Shown here piece after piece: positions 37,818 through 47,664 of a stretch of 64,000 nucleotides of DNA. Position 1 is the first letter of the stretch. Every line of letters starts with the position of its first letter. The notes below the pieces were generated by a model. That model made no database searches, was not told the DNA's origin, and saw only the letters and a program-made list of their open reading frames with translations. Made by a program: the position numbers and the translations under genes. The stretch spans positions 5,125 to 69,124 of the forward strand of contig CALVKR010000008.1 in assembly GCA_944332995.1 (NCBI GenBank), written 5' to 3'. The DNA comes from an uncultured Clostridia bacterium. GTDB taxonomy: Bacteria > Bacillota > Clostridia > Christensenellales > CAG-917.

Positions 37818-37941
37818 TTTTATCCTTTAATCACTCTGTACTAATGCAAGATATCTTTTTTTGCCGTCGGTATTCTCGTTTAAGACAGCTTTAGACCGAC
37901 TTAATGCGCAAACAAAAAAAATAAACGGAATTGAATTCCGT

Positions 37942-38421
37942 TTAATCTTCGTTTTCGCCGAGCAATACGTTTAGTCCGTGCCCTACCGCTCCGAGGATAA
38001 CGTCAAGCGCTTCCTTTACCGCCTTCTCGCTTCCCGGCAAATTGATAATGAGCGAATCGCCCCTCAATCCCGATACCGCCCTCGACAGCATCGCCTTGTC
38101 GGTAAACTCAAGACTATACATTCTTATGGCGTCGCAAATGCCTCTTGCCTCACGCTCTATGCAGTTGAGCGTCGCCTCGGGCGTGACGTCACGGTGCGAA
38201 AAGCCCGTGCCCCCCGTGGTCAGAACAAGCGGCGCCTTTATATTGTCGCAACAATGCTTGATAGCTTCTTCTATCATCTCAATCTCGTCGGGCACGACAA
38301 TTTTGCCCTCAACGTGATAGCCGTTGCGAGATAAAATCTTTTTTATCATCTCTCCGCTTTTATCTTCTCTTTCCCCTTTAAAACATCTGTCGCTTACGAC
38401 GATGATACATACGTTTCTCAT
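37942..38421 (-). CDS. MogA/MoaB family molybdopterin-binding protein
   Basis: VSDR...REDKSG, VPDE, TTGGTGFSHRDVTPEAT, NLPGS. Confidence 0.9.
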   Translation of the reverse strand: MRNVCIIVVSDRCFKGEREDKSGEMIKKILSRNGYHVEGKIVVPDEIEMIEEAIKHCCDNIKAPLVLTTGGTGFSHRDVTPEATLNCIEREARGICDAIRMYSLEFTDKAMLSRAVSGLRGDSLIINLPGSEKAVKEALDVILGAVGHGLNVLLGENED

Positions 38422-38742
38422 TTTTTTCTCCTTTATGATATTCTATCACAATTTACGCATTTTTCAAGTGTTTACAATAAAAAACAATTCCGCACCCCGC
38501 TTCTCCGCATACGCCGTCCTCACTCCTTTACTAAATAAGTTTTAATTCCTGCCGTCTTTTAAAACGTTTCGTTAAAACACAAAAATGTTTTCGCTTGATT
38601 TTCGGAAGGTAAAGGCTCAGCCTCGTTCAATACGTTCAATCCTTACATAGTTTAAAGACAGAAATTTTTCAGTTTCAGACGGTCAAAATATTCTCGCATA
38701 AAATGTTGCTTTTTTCCCTTTTTGGCATATAATATAATCGAT

Positions 38743-39099
38743 GGGGATGTTCCGGCATTCGACAGTTTGATGATTGCGTCATAAGCATGTCGTAGGCTCG
38801 TCTACGTAAAAACGGAAACAAAAAATAAACGCAAACAAAAATCAGAGCTCGCAAGAGTTCGCACTCGCTGCATAATTTAGCGGCATGTCGACCTAAGGTT
38901 TTCTGTTTCCTTAGCAATCGGCATCATAAAAACAGACAACGCCGCCCCACGTTCGATAAGGCGGTTGTCACAAATCGAAATTACCGAATAAAGGCTTGTG
39001 ATTGTGCCGATACGAGGGAAATTCAAACAATCTCTAAACATGTAGAAAGTGCCGCATAAGGCAAATTGGACAGGGGTTCGACCCCCCTCATCTCCACCA
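38743..39099 (+). ncRNA. ssrA: tmRNA (tag peptide ANKNQSSQEFALAA*)
   Basis: 5' GGGGATGTT...TTCGAC, 3' GGGGTTCGACCCCCCTCATCTCCACCA, tag ORF 38831-38875, upstream TATAAT. Confidence 0.95.
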
Positions 39100-39126
39100 A
39101 TGCGTCGCCGTAAGGCGACATTTAAC

Positions 39127-39158
39127 ACGGCAAGCATTTGTGCTTGCCGTTTCTTTTT
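39127..39158 (+). terminator. Terminator of ssrA
   Basis: acggcaagca-tttg-tgcttgccgt-ttcttttt. Confidence 0.8.
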
Positions 39159-39544
39159 ACGCCTACGGCTCCTTTTCCTCAAAAGCTGTCGCTTTTTCGG
39201 GTTGCGCCTACGGCGCACTTTATACAAAAAAGGCATACCGTCTCTTTTTGTTTTGTCTTACTGTTTATGCTTTATTTTTTTTGTTGTGCTTTTTTTGTTT
39301 TGCACTGCTGTTTGATTTTTACTTAGTATGAATTGCACCTAAAACAGACGGATTAAACCGAAGACGTATATTGCAAGCGATTTAATTGATAAAGCCGCTT
39401 TGGTTTACCGTTTATCGGTTTGTCTTAAAAATAAATGCGCTCAGTCTTGCCGAACAAATTAAAATAAAAAAAGAGGCAAAAGCCTCTTTGTTATTACTCT
39501 GAATTGTCGATGCGTTTGTCTTTTCATCGGCAAAAATAACCAGT

Positions 39545-39727
39545 TTAAAACAAATCCGTTTTTACAGCAAATGTTTTGAGTTTCTCAAACGTTTGGGTAT
39601 TCGATTCGGACACGACGTATCTCACCGACGCCCCGTAAAATATGGTCGATACTGTCCAAGATTTCATACTTTGCGGACAGAATAACCTTTTCCGTTTTTT
39701 TTCGTTCGTCATATTGCTCATCATCAA
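39545..39727 (-). CDS. Possible small hypothetical protein (60 aa) after mgsA
   Basis: Sits between mgsA and a terminator at 39465-39490. No clear SD and no recognisable motif. Confidence 0.3.
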   Translation of the reverse strand: MMMSNMTNEKKRKRLFCPQSMKSWTVSTIFYGASVRYVVSESNTQTFEKLKTFAVKTDLF

Positions 39728-39748
39728 TCAAAAATTTTATTTTGCGAT

Positions 39749-40114
39749 CTATTTGATAAGACAATCGGCGGTTGCAACGTTTGTCGCAATGGGGACGTTG
39801 TATACGACGGCAATCCTCAAAAGCGCCTTTACGTCGGGGTCATGCGGCTGAGCGGTCAAAGGGTCGCACAAAAAGACAATATAATCGATTTCGCCTTCCG
39901 CTACTTTTGCGCCAATCTGCTGGTCACCGCCCATAGGACCGGATAGAAAGCCTTTTACTTTAAGTCCTGTCGCCTCGGATACAAGACGGGAAGTCGTTCC
40001 CGTTCCGCACAGCTCGAAGTTTTCAAGCGTTTGTCTGTTGTTTTTTGCCCATTCCACTATCTCGCCCTTTTTGTTGTCGTGCGCAATTAAAGCAATAACC
40101 TTTTTCTTCATCAA
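39749..40114 (-). CDS. mgsA: Methylglyoxal synthase
   Basis: [50 protein letters not shown]. Confidence 0.97.
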   Translation of the reverse strand: MMKKKVIALIAHDNKKGEIVEWAKNNRQTLENFELCGTGTTSRLVSEATGLKVKGFLSGPMGGDQQIGAKVAEGEIDYIVFLCDPLTAQPHDPDVKALLRIAVVYNVPIATNVATADCLIK

Positions 40115-40285
40115 AATTATCTCCTTTACGTCTTTGCCTTTCTTTAGTTTATAAAAAACGTCAAAAAGCGTTTATCTTTTGCCGTTAAACAAATGCCGTT
40201 AAACGAACTTATTTACCGTATGCTGATTGTCCTTGGGGATTTCCCATTATTCTATTTAGCTTGCACCGTTTTTGATGACCGCAAA

Positions 40286-41584
40286 CTATATCCTTTTTTG
40301 CCTGCAATCGGGCAAAAAGCCATATAGCGTCAGATTGCTAAAACCTAAATATAAGCCGTTGCCTTTTTGGGGCAGACCGATTATCGTTCCCGACAAAGAG
40401 GATGCCGAAAGATTTTCGGCGTTTGAACGGACTTGAGCAAAAGAGGTGCCCGTCACGCTGTCCTTTTTGATGACCTTTACGGTAACGTTGCCACGAGGTG
40501 CGGACGTGCCGTCTATTTTCTTGCCGTCGTCGTTATAAAACTCGATTGCCAGAACGTCGTCGGGTAAACTCGCCCAACCCATAGCGGTCATATACACCGA
40601 TACGAGATTGACTCCCTCCAAAAAGCCGATAGGCTCGCCCGTTATTCCGTCTCCTGTGAGCAAGTATTCCGTATCGCTCTGCCAATTTGCGTAAAGCGTA
40701 ACGTCTTCCCATACTCTGTTGCCGAAATTGAAAGCAACGGCGTCGGCGTCTTTCCACCCGTCGCGGGACGTATACCAACCTCTGAAGTTATATCCTTCCC
40801 TTTTTGGCACGGACGGCATTTCAAGGTAGTCGCCGATAGAAATTTTTTGCGACGAATTGGAAATCGAGGGGGAGTCGTAAACAAGGTTTATATCCACCTT
40901 CTGAACGGTGCTTATCGCCAGAAGCGACACACGCTTGTAAATCTTTCTGCTCCCCGACGAGTCGGTAAGGTAAATCATATCGAAATTGTTGTGTGAAAAA
41001 CTGTATTCGCTCACGACCTTTTCGCCGTCTTTAGTGTGAGTTGTTGTCAAAACGCCGTTTGCGTTTAACCAGGTTCCCGTCATCTTTCGATAAACGCCGC
41101 CCTCGTCCGTCTGAAATTCAAACACTATGGGATTGAAACTGAAATATTCGTTGGGATTAGCCACGTTGACGTATATACCCCTCACTCCCACAAAACAGGT
41201 GAGCAAAATAACGGTTGCCACAATCACAAGGCAGAGCGGCAAAACCACGCTGAGACCGTAACGCCTGAAAAAATAGCGTGCATAAGATACCCTTTTCTTT
41301 TTCGGCTTGCCTGAGGCAGGTTTATCGTTAGAGGGCTGTGCCGTCGTTTCTTCGGCAGGCTTTATGTAGATAGGCTCCGCCTTTTCAACCTTGACGGGAG
41401 CTTCTTCCACTTCCGTAAGACGGTGGCGCAGGAAAAATCCGCTAAGGAGCGGACGGAAAAGTTTTTTGCAACGCCTACATTGCAAAAGCCCGTTCTCCAG
41501 CTTTTTTAATTCCTTGCCGCAGTTGGGACACTCGATGGCGTGCATATCCGATTTAATATCATTGGTATTTTTCAATTTTTTCAC
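40286..41584 (-). CDS. Membrane-anchored protein with N-terminal zinc ribbon and an InlB B-repeat (Listeria-Bacteroides repeat)
   Basis: CPNC...CRRC, one TM (VVLPLCLVIVATVILLTCFVGV), PKREGYNFRGWY...F.....VWEDVTLYANW. Confidence 0.7.
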   Translation of the reverse strand: MKKLKNTNDIKSDMHAIECPNCGKELKKLENGLLQCRRCKKLFRPLLSGFFLRHRLTEVEEAPVKVEKAEPIYIKPAEETTAQPSNDKPASGKPKKKRVSYARYFFRRYGLSVVLPLCLVIVATVILLTCFVGVRGIYVNVANPNEYFSFNPIVFEFQTDEGGVYRKMTGTWLNANGVLTTTHTKDGEKVVSEYSFSHNNFDMIYLTDSSGSRKIYKRVSLLAISTVQKVDINLVYDSPSISNSSQKISIGDYLEMPSVPKREGYNFRGWYTSRDGWKDADAVAFNFGNRVWEDVTLYANWQSDTEYLLTGDGITGEPIGFLEGVNLVSVYMTAMGWASLPDDVLAIEFYNDDGKKIDGTSAPRGNVTVKVIKKDSVTGTSFAQVRSNAENLSASSLSGTIIGLPQKGNGLYLGFSNLTLYGFLPDCRQKRI

Positions 41585-41980
41585 CGATATTTCTTTGTGA
41601 TTTTTGAAGAAACGTTAAAAATAAATCAAGCCACTTTTATATTATATTATAATACCGCCTTGTTGTCAATTTACAATTTTGTGAAATTGAGGCTTGCAGG
41701 CAGACAGCGACAAAGCGCACACCGTGCCGTCCTTGCCCGACGGTCACCGTGCCGTTGTTAGCTTTTTAGTTGCGCTTTTAATATATGCTTTTTAAATTAA
41801 AATAAATTTAAAGCCACGCCGCAGCGTGACTTTTTAATCTTTGATTTTCAGTTTACGGCACGGCATAGCCGTGCCGCAACTTCTCCGATTTTTATTTCCG
41901 CAAAGGGAAACTGTTTGCTTTGATTTTATTTTTACACCACATTTTCAAACATAACGCACTAAGCCTATTTGTCTTCTTTT

Positions 41981-42784
41981 TCACAAACTAATTCTGCGCC
42001 TGACAGGCAAGCCGTTTATCGTCTCTTCAACAGGGCCATAGTAATCCCCATAGCCTCCATCCACTACATAATACTCGCTTCCGTCTTCGTCTTCCATCAA
42101 ACGATAACGATTACCGTTATATTCTATTTGCTCATACCATTCTGCATCAGCTTCCTTTGCTCTTATTCCCTTAGGGATATCAAAAGAAGTCGAATTTACG
42201 GCACGGCATATATACGTGATTTCTCGTCTCACAACTTGACCAGCCTCGTTTTCATACTCCTCCGTCCAAGTCACTTCCATTCTGTCGCCTAACATCTTTA
42301 TGCTATAGTCTGTAATGCTAAAAGATTCGCCATAACTGTATAAAGTTATTTTGCCGTTTTTATCTGCCATAAAAAAAGTTTCAAATAAAATATGATGCCA
42401 AGTTCTTATTGATATAGCAAAATCACATGTATCTATATACATATCATAAAATTTTTTCGAATAATTATCATTGTCACCCGCAAAATAATAATACCCATTA
42501 GCCGAATATACATAATCGTACTCGTCAAAATATCCATCATATATTCTACGTGAGCTATTAGTTATCATATATTGTCCAAGTATTCCATCCGTATACATTT
42601 CAATAGTTACGCTTTCCGCATTTTGTAAAGCGGTTGAGATTTCGTCATAGGTTGCGTCTTCGGTAAAAATCCTGTCTCCTGTGCCCGAGCCGCTCCCCGA
42701 CTCCTCATCACAAGCAACAAACGCAAATGCCATTATAACGGCAAACATTGCCACCACTAACATTAAAACCACTTTTCTTTTCAT
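41981..42784 (-). CDS. Putative lipoprotein (paralog 2)
   Basis: MKRK + hydrophobic stretch + FVA-C lipobox. Acidic and Tyr-rich, with AT-rich codon use. AGGAG SD. Confidence 0.78.
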   Translation of the reverse strand: MKRKVVLMLVVAMFAVIMAFAFVACDEESGSGSGTGDRIFTEDATYDEISTALQNAESVTIEMYTDGILGQYMITNSSRRIYDGYFDEYDYVYSANGYYYFAGDNDNYSKKFYDMYIDTCDFAISIRTWHHILFETFFMADKNGKITLYSYGESFSITDYSIKMLGDRMEVTWTEEYENEAGQVVRREITYICRAVNSTSFDIPKGIRAKEADAEWYEQIEYNGNRYRLMEDEDGSEYYVVDGGYGDYYGPVEETINGLPVRRRISL

Positions 42785-42830
42785 AATCTCTCCTTTGATT
42801 ATATCGTCTTAAAAATTTAAAGTTGTCATA

Positions 42831-43700
42831 TTATTCACTGCGAACAGGCAGAGTGTTTATAGTAGTCTCAGGCACGGCACCTTCTTCAATACTATCTGCT
42901 ACATAATACTCACTACCATATTCGTCTGTCATTTTTGAATATCCAACTCCGTTGTAATAGACAGAATCAGACCACTCTGCTTGAGATTCCAAAGCACGCA
43001 CATATGGCGGAATATCAGAACCCGCATTTACACCGCCAAATGTCATTTTAACTGTTACTTGTCCATCTTCTACTTGCCCCTGTTCTAAAACGATTTCTAT
43101 TCTGTCTCCGAGCAATTTTATATAACCCTCGTAACCGTTCAATATTAATTTCCCAAATTCGTCCTTGGTAACTAAATCAAGGAATTGCGATACCACATTC
43201 GATTGATATTCTTCATATTTATTCTCATCGTATTCTGCCAAAGATTTACTAACGTCGGTAAAGCTTTCAATATTATCTTGCTCATTATTAATCTCATAAT
43301 TAAAATTATCTGAAATGTAATAATAAGATTTAAATTCAGATGATATATTTTGGTCGCCAAATTTCTCATAATAATTTCTTTGTGAGATACATAATGTGCT
43401 TGAGGTAATTGCAATACTTTTTGAACCACTGTTATAATCCACATAAACCACATCGTCGACAGTCTGAATACCACAGTAGCTATCTTCATACACCATCGTC
43501 AAGCTTTCTGCATTTTCCAAAGCGGTTAATATTTCCTCATACGTGGCATCCTCAGTAAAAATATTGTCACCTTTAGGTATGGTGAAATCATCTCCTTTAG
43601 CTGTGGCACTACTGTCGCCGTCATCACAAGCGGCAAATGCAAAAATTGCAACTGAGGCAAAAAGTGCAACAACTAAAATTAAAAATAATTTCCTTTTCAT
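42831..43700 (-). CDS. Putative lipoprotein (paralog 1)
   Basis: MKRKLFLIL...FAA-C lipobox. Shares IFTEDATY.EI.TAL.NAES and C-terminal TIN.LPVR with paralog 2. Start at ATG 43700. Confidence 0.78.
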   Translation of the reverse strand: MKRKLFLILVVALFASVAIFAFAACDDGDSSATAKGDDFTIPKGDNIFTEDATYEEILTALENAESLTMVYEDSYCGIQTVDDVVYVDYNSGSKSIAITSSTLCISQRNYYEKFGDQNISSEFKSYYYISDNFNYEINNEQDNIESFTDVSKSLAEYDENKYEEYQSNVVSQFLDLVTKDEFGKLILNGYEGYIKLLGDRIEIVLEQGQVEDGQVTVKMTFGGVNAGSDIPPYVRALESQAEWSDSVYYNGVGYSKMTDEYGSEYYVADSIEEGAVPETTINTLPVRSE

Positions 43701-43850
43701 AATCTCTCCTTCGATAAACTGCACAAACTTTTAATTTCTGCATATTTTCATTGAATATGTTATTCGATGAAAATAATACGGTCGGAAACGACAAAAACTA
43801 AAATGCGTATTGAAAATATATCTAAAAAAGCCGTATTTGCTAATTGATGA

Positions 43851-43879
43851 TTGACATTATTGCACTAAAATGCTAAAAT
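43851..43879 (+). promoter_or_regulatory. Near-consensus sigma-A promoter (TTGACA-17-TGcTAAAAT) antisense to the integrase
   Basis: -35 at 43851-43856, extended -10 at 43874-43879. No plus-strand gene follows. Confidence 0.55.
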
Positions 43880-43889
43880 TTATGTAACT

Positions 43890-44861
43890 TCATATATTTG
43901 TTTTTTCATCGAATAACATATTCGGCGAAAGATTGTATAGCCCGTTCAGCTTATTCATAAACCGCTGTTTTGTGGACATAAAGCTGTGGGCGTAAATCTT
44001 CATCGTGGTGTCGGCGGATTCGTGCCCTAAAATTTCACTTAGCGTTTTGATATCCATACCTACCTCAAGCGCCCTTGTGGCAAACGTGTGTCTGAGCGAA
44101 TGAAAGCTCAGTTTTTTTATGCCGCATTTTTTTAAAAACGCCTCGAAAAGATATTGATATGTTCTCACTCCTACGGCTTTGCCGAATTTATCCTGCACCA
44201 CCGTTTTTCCTTTCGACTTTTTAAACAGCGCCGACATTTCCCTTTTTAAAAAGGACGGGAGCGGAATCTCTCTGACGGAAGCGTGCGACTTTGGCACGTC
44301 CGTAAAAGTCATCCACTTTCCGCTATTATCCTTTGCCGAAAACACGCTTTTGGTCACGGATATTATCCCCTGTTTTAAGTCAACGTCACGCCACTCGAGG
44401 GCGAGGAGCTCGCCTATCCTCAGCCCCGTATAAAGACATATCTTTATGCCGAACACTCTGCCGTCTTTGCTTTTGACTATCGCCTTTTCCATTTTTGTTT
44501 GCTCGAGCCTTGAAAACGCTTTAGGGGCGTTTGATTTTGTCTTTAGCCTTCCTACGCCGTCAACGGGATTTTGCTTGATAAGACCTCTGGCTACGGCTTC
44601 TTTGAATAAAAGTTTTAAAACCGTGCGGATAAGATTTAAAGTGCCGTTTGACAGCTTGCCGTCGGGCGAATTTGAGTTTTCCATTTGTCCGTCAAACAAG
44701 TCTTTTATCCTGTCGCCGTCGATTTTATTCAACTCCGTTTTGCCCAGCTTAGGCAGAACGTGGTTTGTCACTATCGACTTATACCTGAGATAGCTTCTTG
44801 TTTTAAGTCTTAAAAAAGCGCTCTTTTCCAGCCATTCTTTTGCCCATTTTTCAAATTTCAT
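43890..44861 (-). mobile_element. Solitary tyrosine recombinase/integrase gene
   Basis: YTGLRIGE (R), FHSLRH (HxxR), LGH, TMKIY (Y). N-terminal SAM-like domain. No excisionase, conjugation or phage genes nearby. Confidence 0.9.
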
Positions 44862-44995
44862 AGTTTCTCCTTTTTCCCTTAAGGGACAGACGGTTTTAAT
44901 TATTATTTATTAAAAACGAGATTTATATCAAAAAATTATGCAAGGCAGCCTTGCGCAGATATGCGCCTTGGCAATCGTTGAAATTTTGTCAAACA

Positions 44996-45024
44996 AAAAA
45001 GGACGGTAAACCCGTCCTTTTTTT
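44996..45024 (-). terminator. Intrinsic terminator after the peptidase-like gene
   Basis: aaaaaaggacgg-taaac-ccgtcctttttt. Confidence 0.8.
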
Positions 45025-45071
45025 CGTCTTTTAATTTGATTTGATTTTAAACTGCCAATTTAAACATCGCA

Positions 45072-46487
45072 TTATTTCAATCTGCCGAGCCCGAGCGAAT
45101 AGCCCTGCGCTTTGCCTATCTGCTTTGCGCTCTTTTCGTCGAGGAGCAAAACGCACCTGACAAACGTTTCTATCTGCTCGCACATAAGGTCGAGATTAAA
45201 CTTATCCATATGGTGGTTTGCGTCAACCGAGCAAAGATAATCGGGCGCCGTGACGAGCGCGATTTCGGGTATCTTTTTGTTGAACAGCGGCTGCCCCTCG
45301 CCGAAGTGCATAAAGTTGTGTCCTCTCAGCGTCATAGTCCGACAGACATTTCTGCCTTCGAGTGCCTCGTAATATATCTTATCCACCTTTTTGTTGCCGG
45401 TGTAGACGAGCTCGACGTCAACGTCGTTTGTCTTTTGATATTTTCCGTCCAAGTCTTTATACTCCGTGCAGCCGAGGTGTTCGACGGAACAGCCTGCCAC
45501 CGCCTTATACGTTTTGCCGTTCCAAAGAGGTTTGAAATCCGCCAAAAACCGTGACGTTGCCTGGTCAAAGCCCGTCCTGAATTTCGGCAGGCGAAAATGC
45601 CCCGTGACAAAAACGAATATCAGATTCCGTTTTGCAGGGTGCGCCTTGAAATACTTTATCATCGAAAGCATGCCCACTCCGCCGTTTTCCTCGCAAAAGT
45701 TGAGCCCGTCCGTGTGCGTGTTTACGATGACCGCCTCTTTCGTGTTTTCCGTGCCGCCTATCACCGTATAAAACGACGAGGTCTTGGCGCCCCTTTCGAT
45801 ACTCCCCTTCACGGTGACCGTTGCACTCTTTTTCTCTGCCGCCGCCTTCAGCACCTTGTCGCCCTCCGACGAGTTTACCCACACGACGGGAACGGAAAGA
45901 TAATCCATAATGAAATTGAGATATTGACCCTCCACCATCTCGTCGGACATATCCCTCCATATACAGATTATCGCTTTTGCTCCGCTGCGCTTTAAAGCCC
46001 CGAACGTCAATAGCGTTTTTACAAACGCCGTGCTCACAGGCCCTCTATAACTTTTTTCTATCTCGAGATTTTCAGGATACGAACGCCTTTTGTCAAACGC
46101 CACCTTGCTCGATATTCGCTTGAGGTTTTTTATCTCGACTACGCCTATTTTTCCTCTCGCCCTTTTAAATCCGACAGCCGAGTTTTTCACCTTGACAAGC
46201 CGTCCCGTCACTCCCTCGTCAGGCGTCAGACCGCTGTAAGGAAAAACAGAAGAAATTTTGATTTGCTCGCCGTCCACGGTGAGCGATGCGCTGTCAGACT
46301 GCCACCTGTCAAAGGCATATTCCTTTTCCACTACCTCGAGTCCGATTTTCGTTATTTCCGACTTTAAATAACCGACAAAATCGCTCTGCCCTTTCGAGCC
46401 TGTCAGCCTTAGCCCGAAAGAGTTCATATTGTCCATCGCACGCGATACTTCGGTTTTGGAAAACAAGTCCTCTTTAAAAATTTCCAT
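45072..46487 (-). CDS. Hypothetical protein, M28-like metallopeptidase/PA-domain fold
   Basis: VIVNTHTDG...EENGG, IFVFVTGH, EHLG resemble M28/M20 zinc ligands. PA-like VPVVWV segment. Confidence 0.55.
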   Translation of the reverse strand: MEIFKEDLFSKTEVSRAMDNMNSFGLRLTGSKGQSDFVGYLKSEITKIGLEVVEKEYAFDRWQSDSASLTVDGEQIKISSVFPYSGLTPDEGVTGRLVKVKNSAVGFKRARGKIGVVEIKNLKRISSKVAFDKRRSYPENLEIEKSYRGPVSTAFVKTLLTFGALKRSGAKAIICIWRDMSDEMVEGQYLNFIMDYLSVPVVWVNSSEGDKVLKAAAEKKSATVTVKGSIERGAKTSSFYTVIGGTENTKEAVIVNTHTDGLNFCEENGGVGMLSMIKYFKAHPAKRNLIFVFVTGHFRLPKFRTGFDQATSRFLADFKPLWNGKTYKAVAGCSVEHLGCTEYKDLDGKYQKTNDVDVELVYTGNKKVDKIYYEALEGRNVCRTMTLRGHNFMHFGEGQPLFNKKIPEIALVTAPDYLCSVDANHHMDKFNLDLMCEQIETFVRCVLLLDEKSAKQIGKAQGYSLGLGRLK

Positions 46488-46637
46488 AATTCCCCCCTTT
46501 GCTTTTTATAATTATACCACCCTTTTATGCCTTATTCAATACCGCCGTTTATGACCGGATATCAAAAAAAACTTTGGCTTGCTTTAAAATATAAAACCGA
46601 TAGAAGGTGAAAACAAAAAAAACATAACTTGAAAACA

Positions 46638-46660
46638 AAAAAACGCCCTCAGGCGTTTTT
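46638..46660 (-). terminator. Intrinsic terminator after the sugar transferase gene
   Basis: aaaaaacgcc-ctca-ggcgttttt. Confidence 0.78.
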
Positions 46661-46665
46661 AATCA

Positions 46666-46796
46666 ATATATTTTTCTGTCAATGGTAGGCAAACACGGAT
46701 ATATATATTTTAGACAAAACGGATATATATATTTTTTCTGTCAAGTTCAGACAAACACGAATATATTTTGTCTGCCTATCTTGTGCATACACGGAT
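46666..46796. repeat. Imperfect nested direct repeats (RCAAA(C)ACGGATATATATATTTT; ATATATTTTTCTGTCAA)
   Basis: Three to four partial copies of caaacacggatata..., and two copies of atatatttttctgtcaa. Confidence 0.65.
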
Positions 46797-46805
46797 AGCG
46801 ATAAA

Positions 46806-47642
46806 TCAGCGTTTCAAGATGGCGATAAAGGTTTTAAAGATAAGTTTTAAATCGTAAAACACTCCCATCTTTTTTATGTATTGCATATTAAGCCCTATCT
46901 TCGTGGGCATAATTTCCTCGATATAAGTCTTTTCGGGATTTTCGCTCTTTGCCAACACTTCGTTTTCGTCACGGTAAACGATTGAGGCAAGCTCGGTTAT
47001 GCCCGGCTTTACCCTCAGGACGTTTTTTTGATAGTCGTCATACATATCGACGTATTTTTTAACTTCCGGGCGAGGACCCACAAAACTCATCTGTCCTAAA
47101 AATACGTTGATAAGCTGCGGCATCTCGTCCATTTTGGTTTTTCTTAAAACTTTGCCTATGCCCGTTATACGGCTGTCCTTTCCCACCGTGATTTGAAGTC
47201 CCTTTGCCTCGGCGTCGACAACCATGGTGCGGAATTTGAATATTCTGAAAACTTTACCGCCTTTGCCCACTCTCTCCTGTCTGAAAAATACGGGACCTTT
47301 TGAAGTGCATTTAATCAAAAACGCAATAAACAAAAAGGGTAGGAAAAACACTATCAATCCGAAAAGCGAGGCAAACAAATCAAAGCAACGCTTGACAAAC
47401 AAAAAGAAGCGCTTTTTTTTGAGCACCTTATCAAAGTCGATAATCTCTCTGCCCTTTTCGTCATAGATTATCTCCTTTTCCTTTTTGCCCTTTTTCCTTT
47501 CTTTACCGCCATTTTGCGACGTTTCGTCTTTTGTTTCCGTCTTTTCGCTTTCGGCGCTGTCGTCCGCCTTTAAATCCTCGGCAGGCATGACAGATTGATT
47601 TTCAATTTGCTCGGTATCGGCAACAAACGAGCCGTTTTTCAT
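46806..47642 (-). CDS. Bacterial sugar (phosphoglycosyl) transferase, WcaJ/PglC-like
   Basis: KRCFDL, GPVFFRQERVG, KFRTM, LRKTKMDEMPQLINV, SFVGPRPE, VKPGIT. Charged N-terminal extension. ATG 47642 has a GAGGAG SD. Confidence 0.92.
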   Translation of the reverse strand: MKNGSFVADTEQIENQSVMPAEDLKADDSAESEKTETKDETSQNGGKERKKGKKEKEIIYDEKGREIIDFDKVLKKKRFFLFVKRCFDLFASLFGLIVFFLPFLFIAFLIKCTSKGPVFFRQERVGKGGKVFRIFKFRTMVVDAEAKGLQITVGKDSRITGIGKVLRKTKMDEMPQLINVFLGQMSFVGPRPEVKKYVDMYDDYQKNVLRVKPGITELASIVYRDENEVLAKSENPEKTYIEEIMPTKIGLNMQYIKKMGVFYDLKLIFKTFIAILKR

Positions 47643-47664
47643 ATTCTCCTCTTTAAGCTCGCTT

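Noticed and set aside
37942-38421. Lone MogA/MoaB gene as a novel system
   Set aside because: The other Moco genes may be elsewhere in the genome, which cannot be judged from one window.
38877-39236. ORFs overlapping tmRNA (38877-39236, 38675-38917) and tRNA-Leu (34385-34654)
   Set aside because: They are explained by the RNA genes.
39099-39240. Integrated element at the ssrA 3' end
   Set aside because: I found no duplicate of the ssrA 3' end elsewhere in the window and no adjacent integrase; only short hairpins follow.
41981-44861. Shufflon (inversion system) for the lipoprotein pair
   Set aside because: Both genes have the same orientation and their own starts, and I found no inverted recombination sites by eye.
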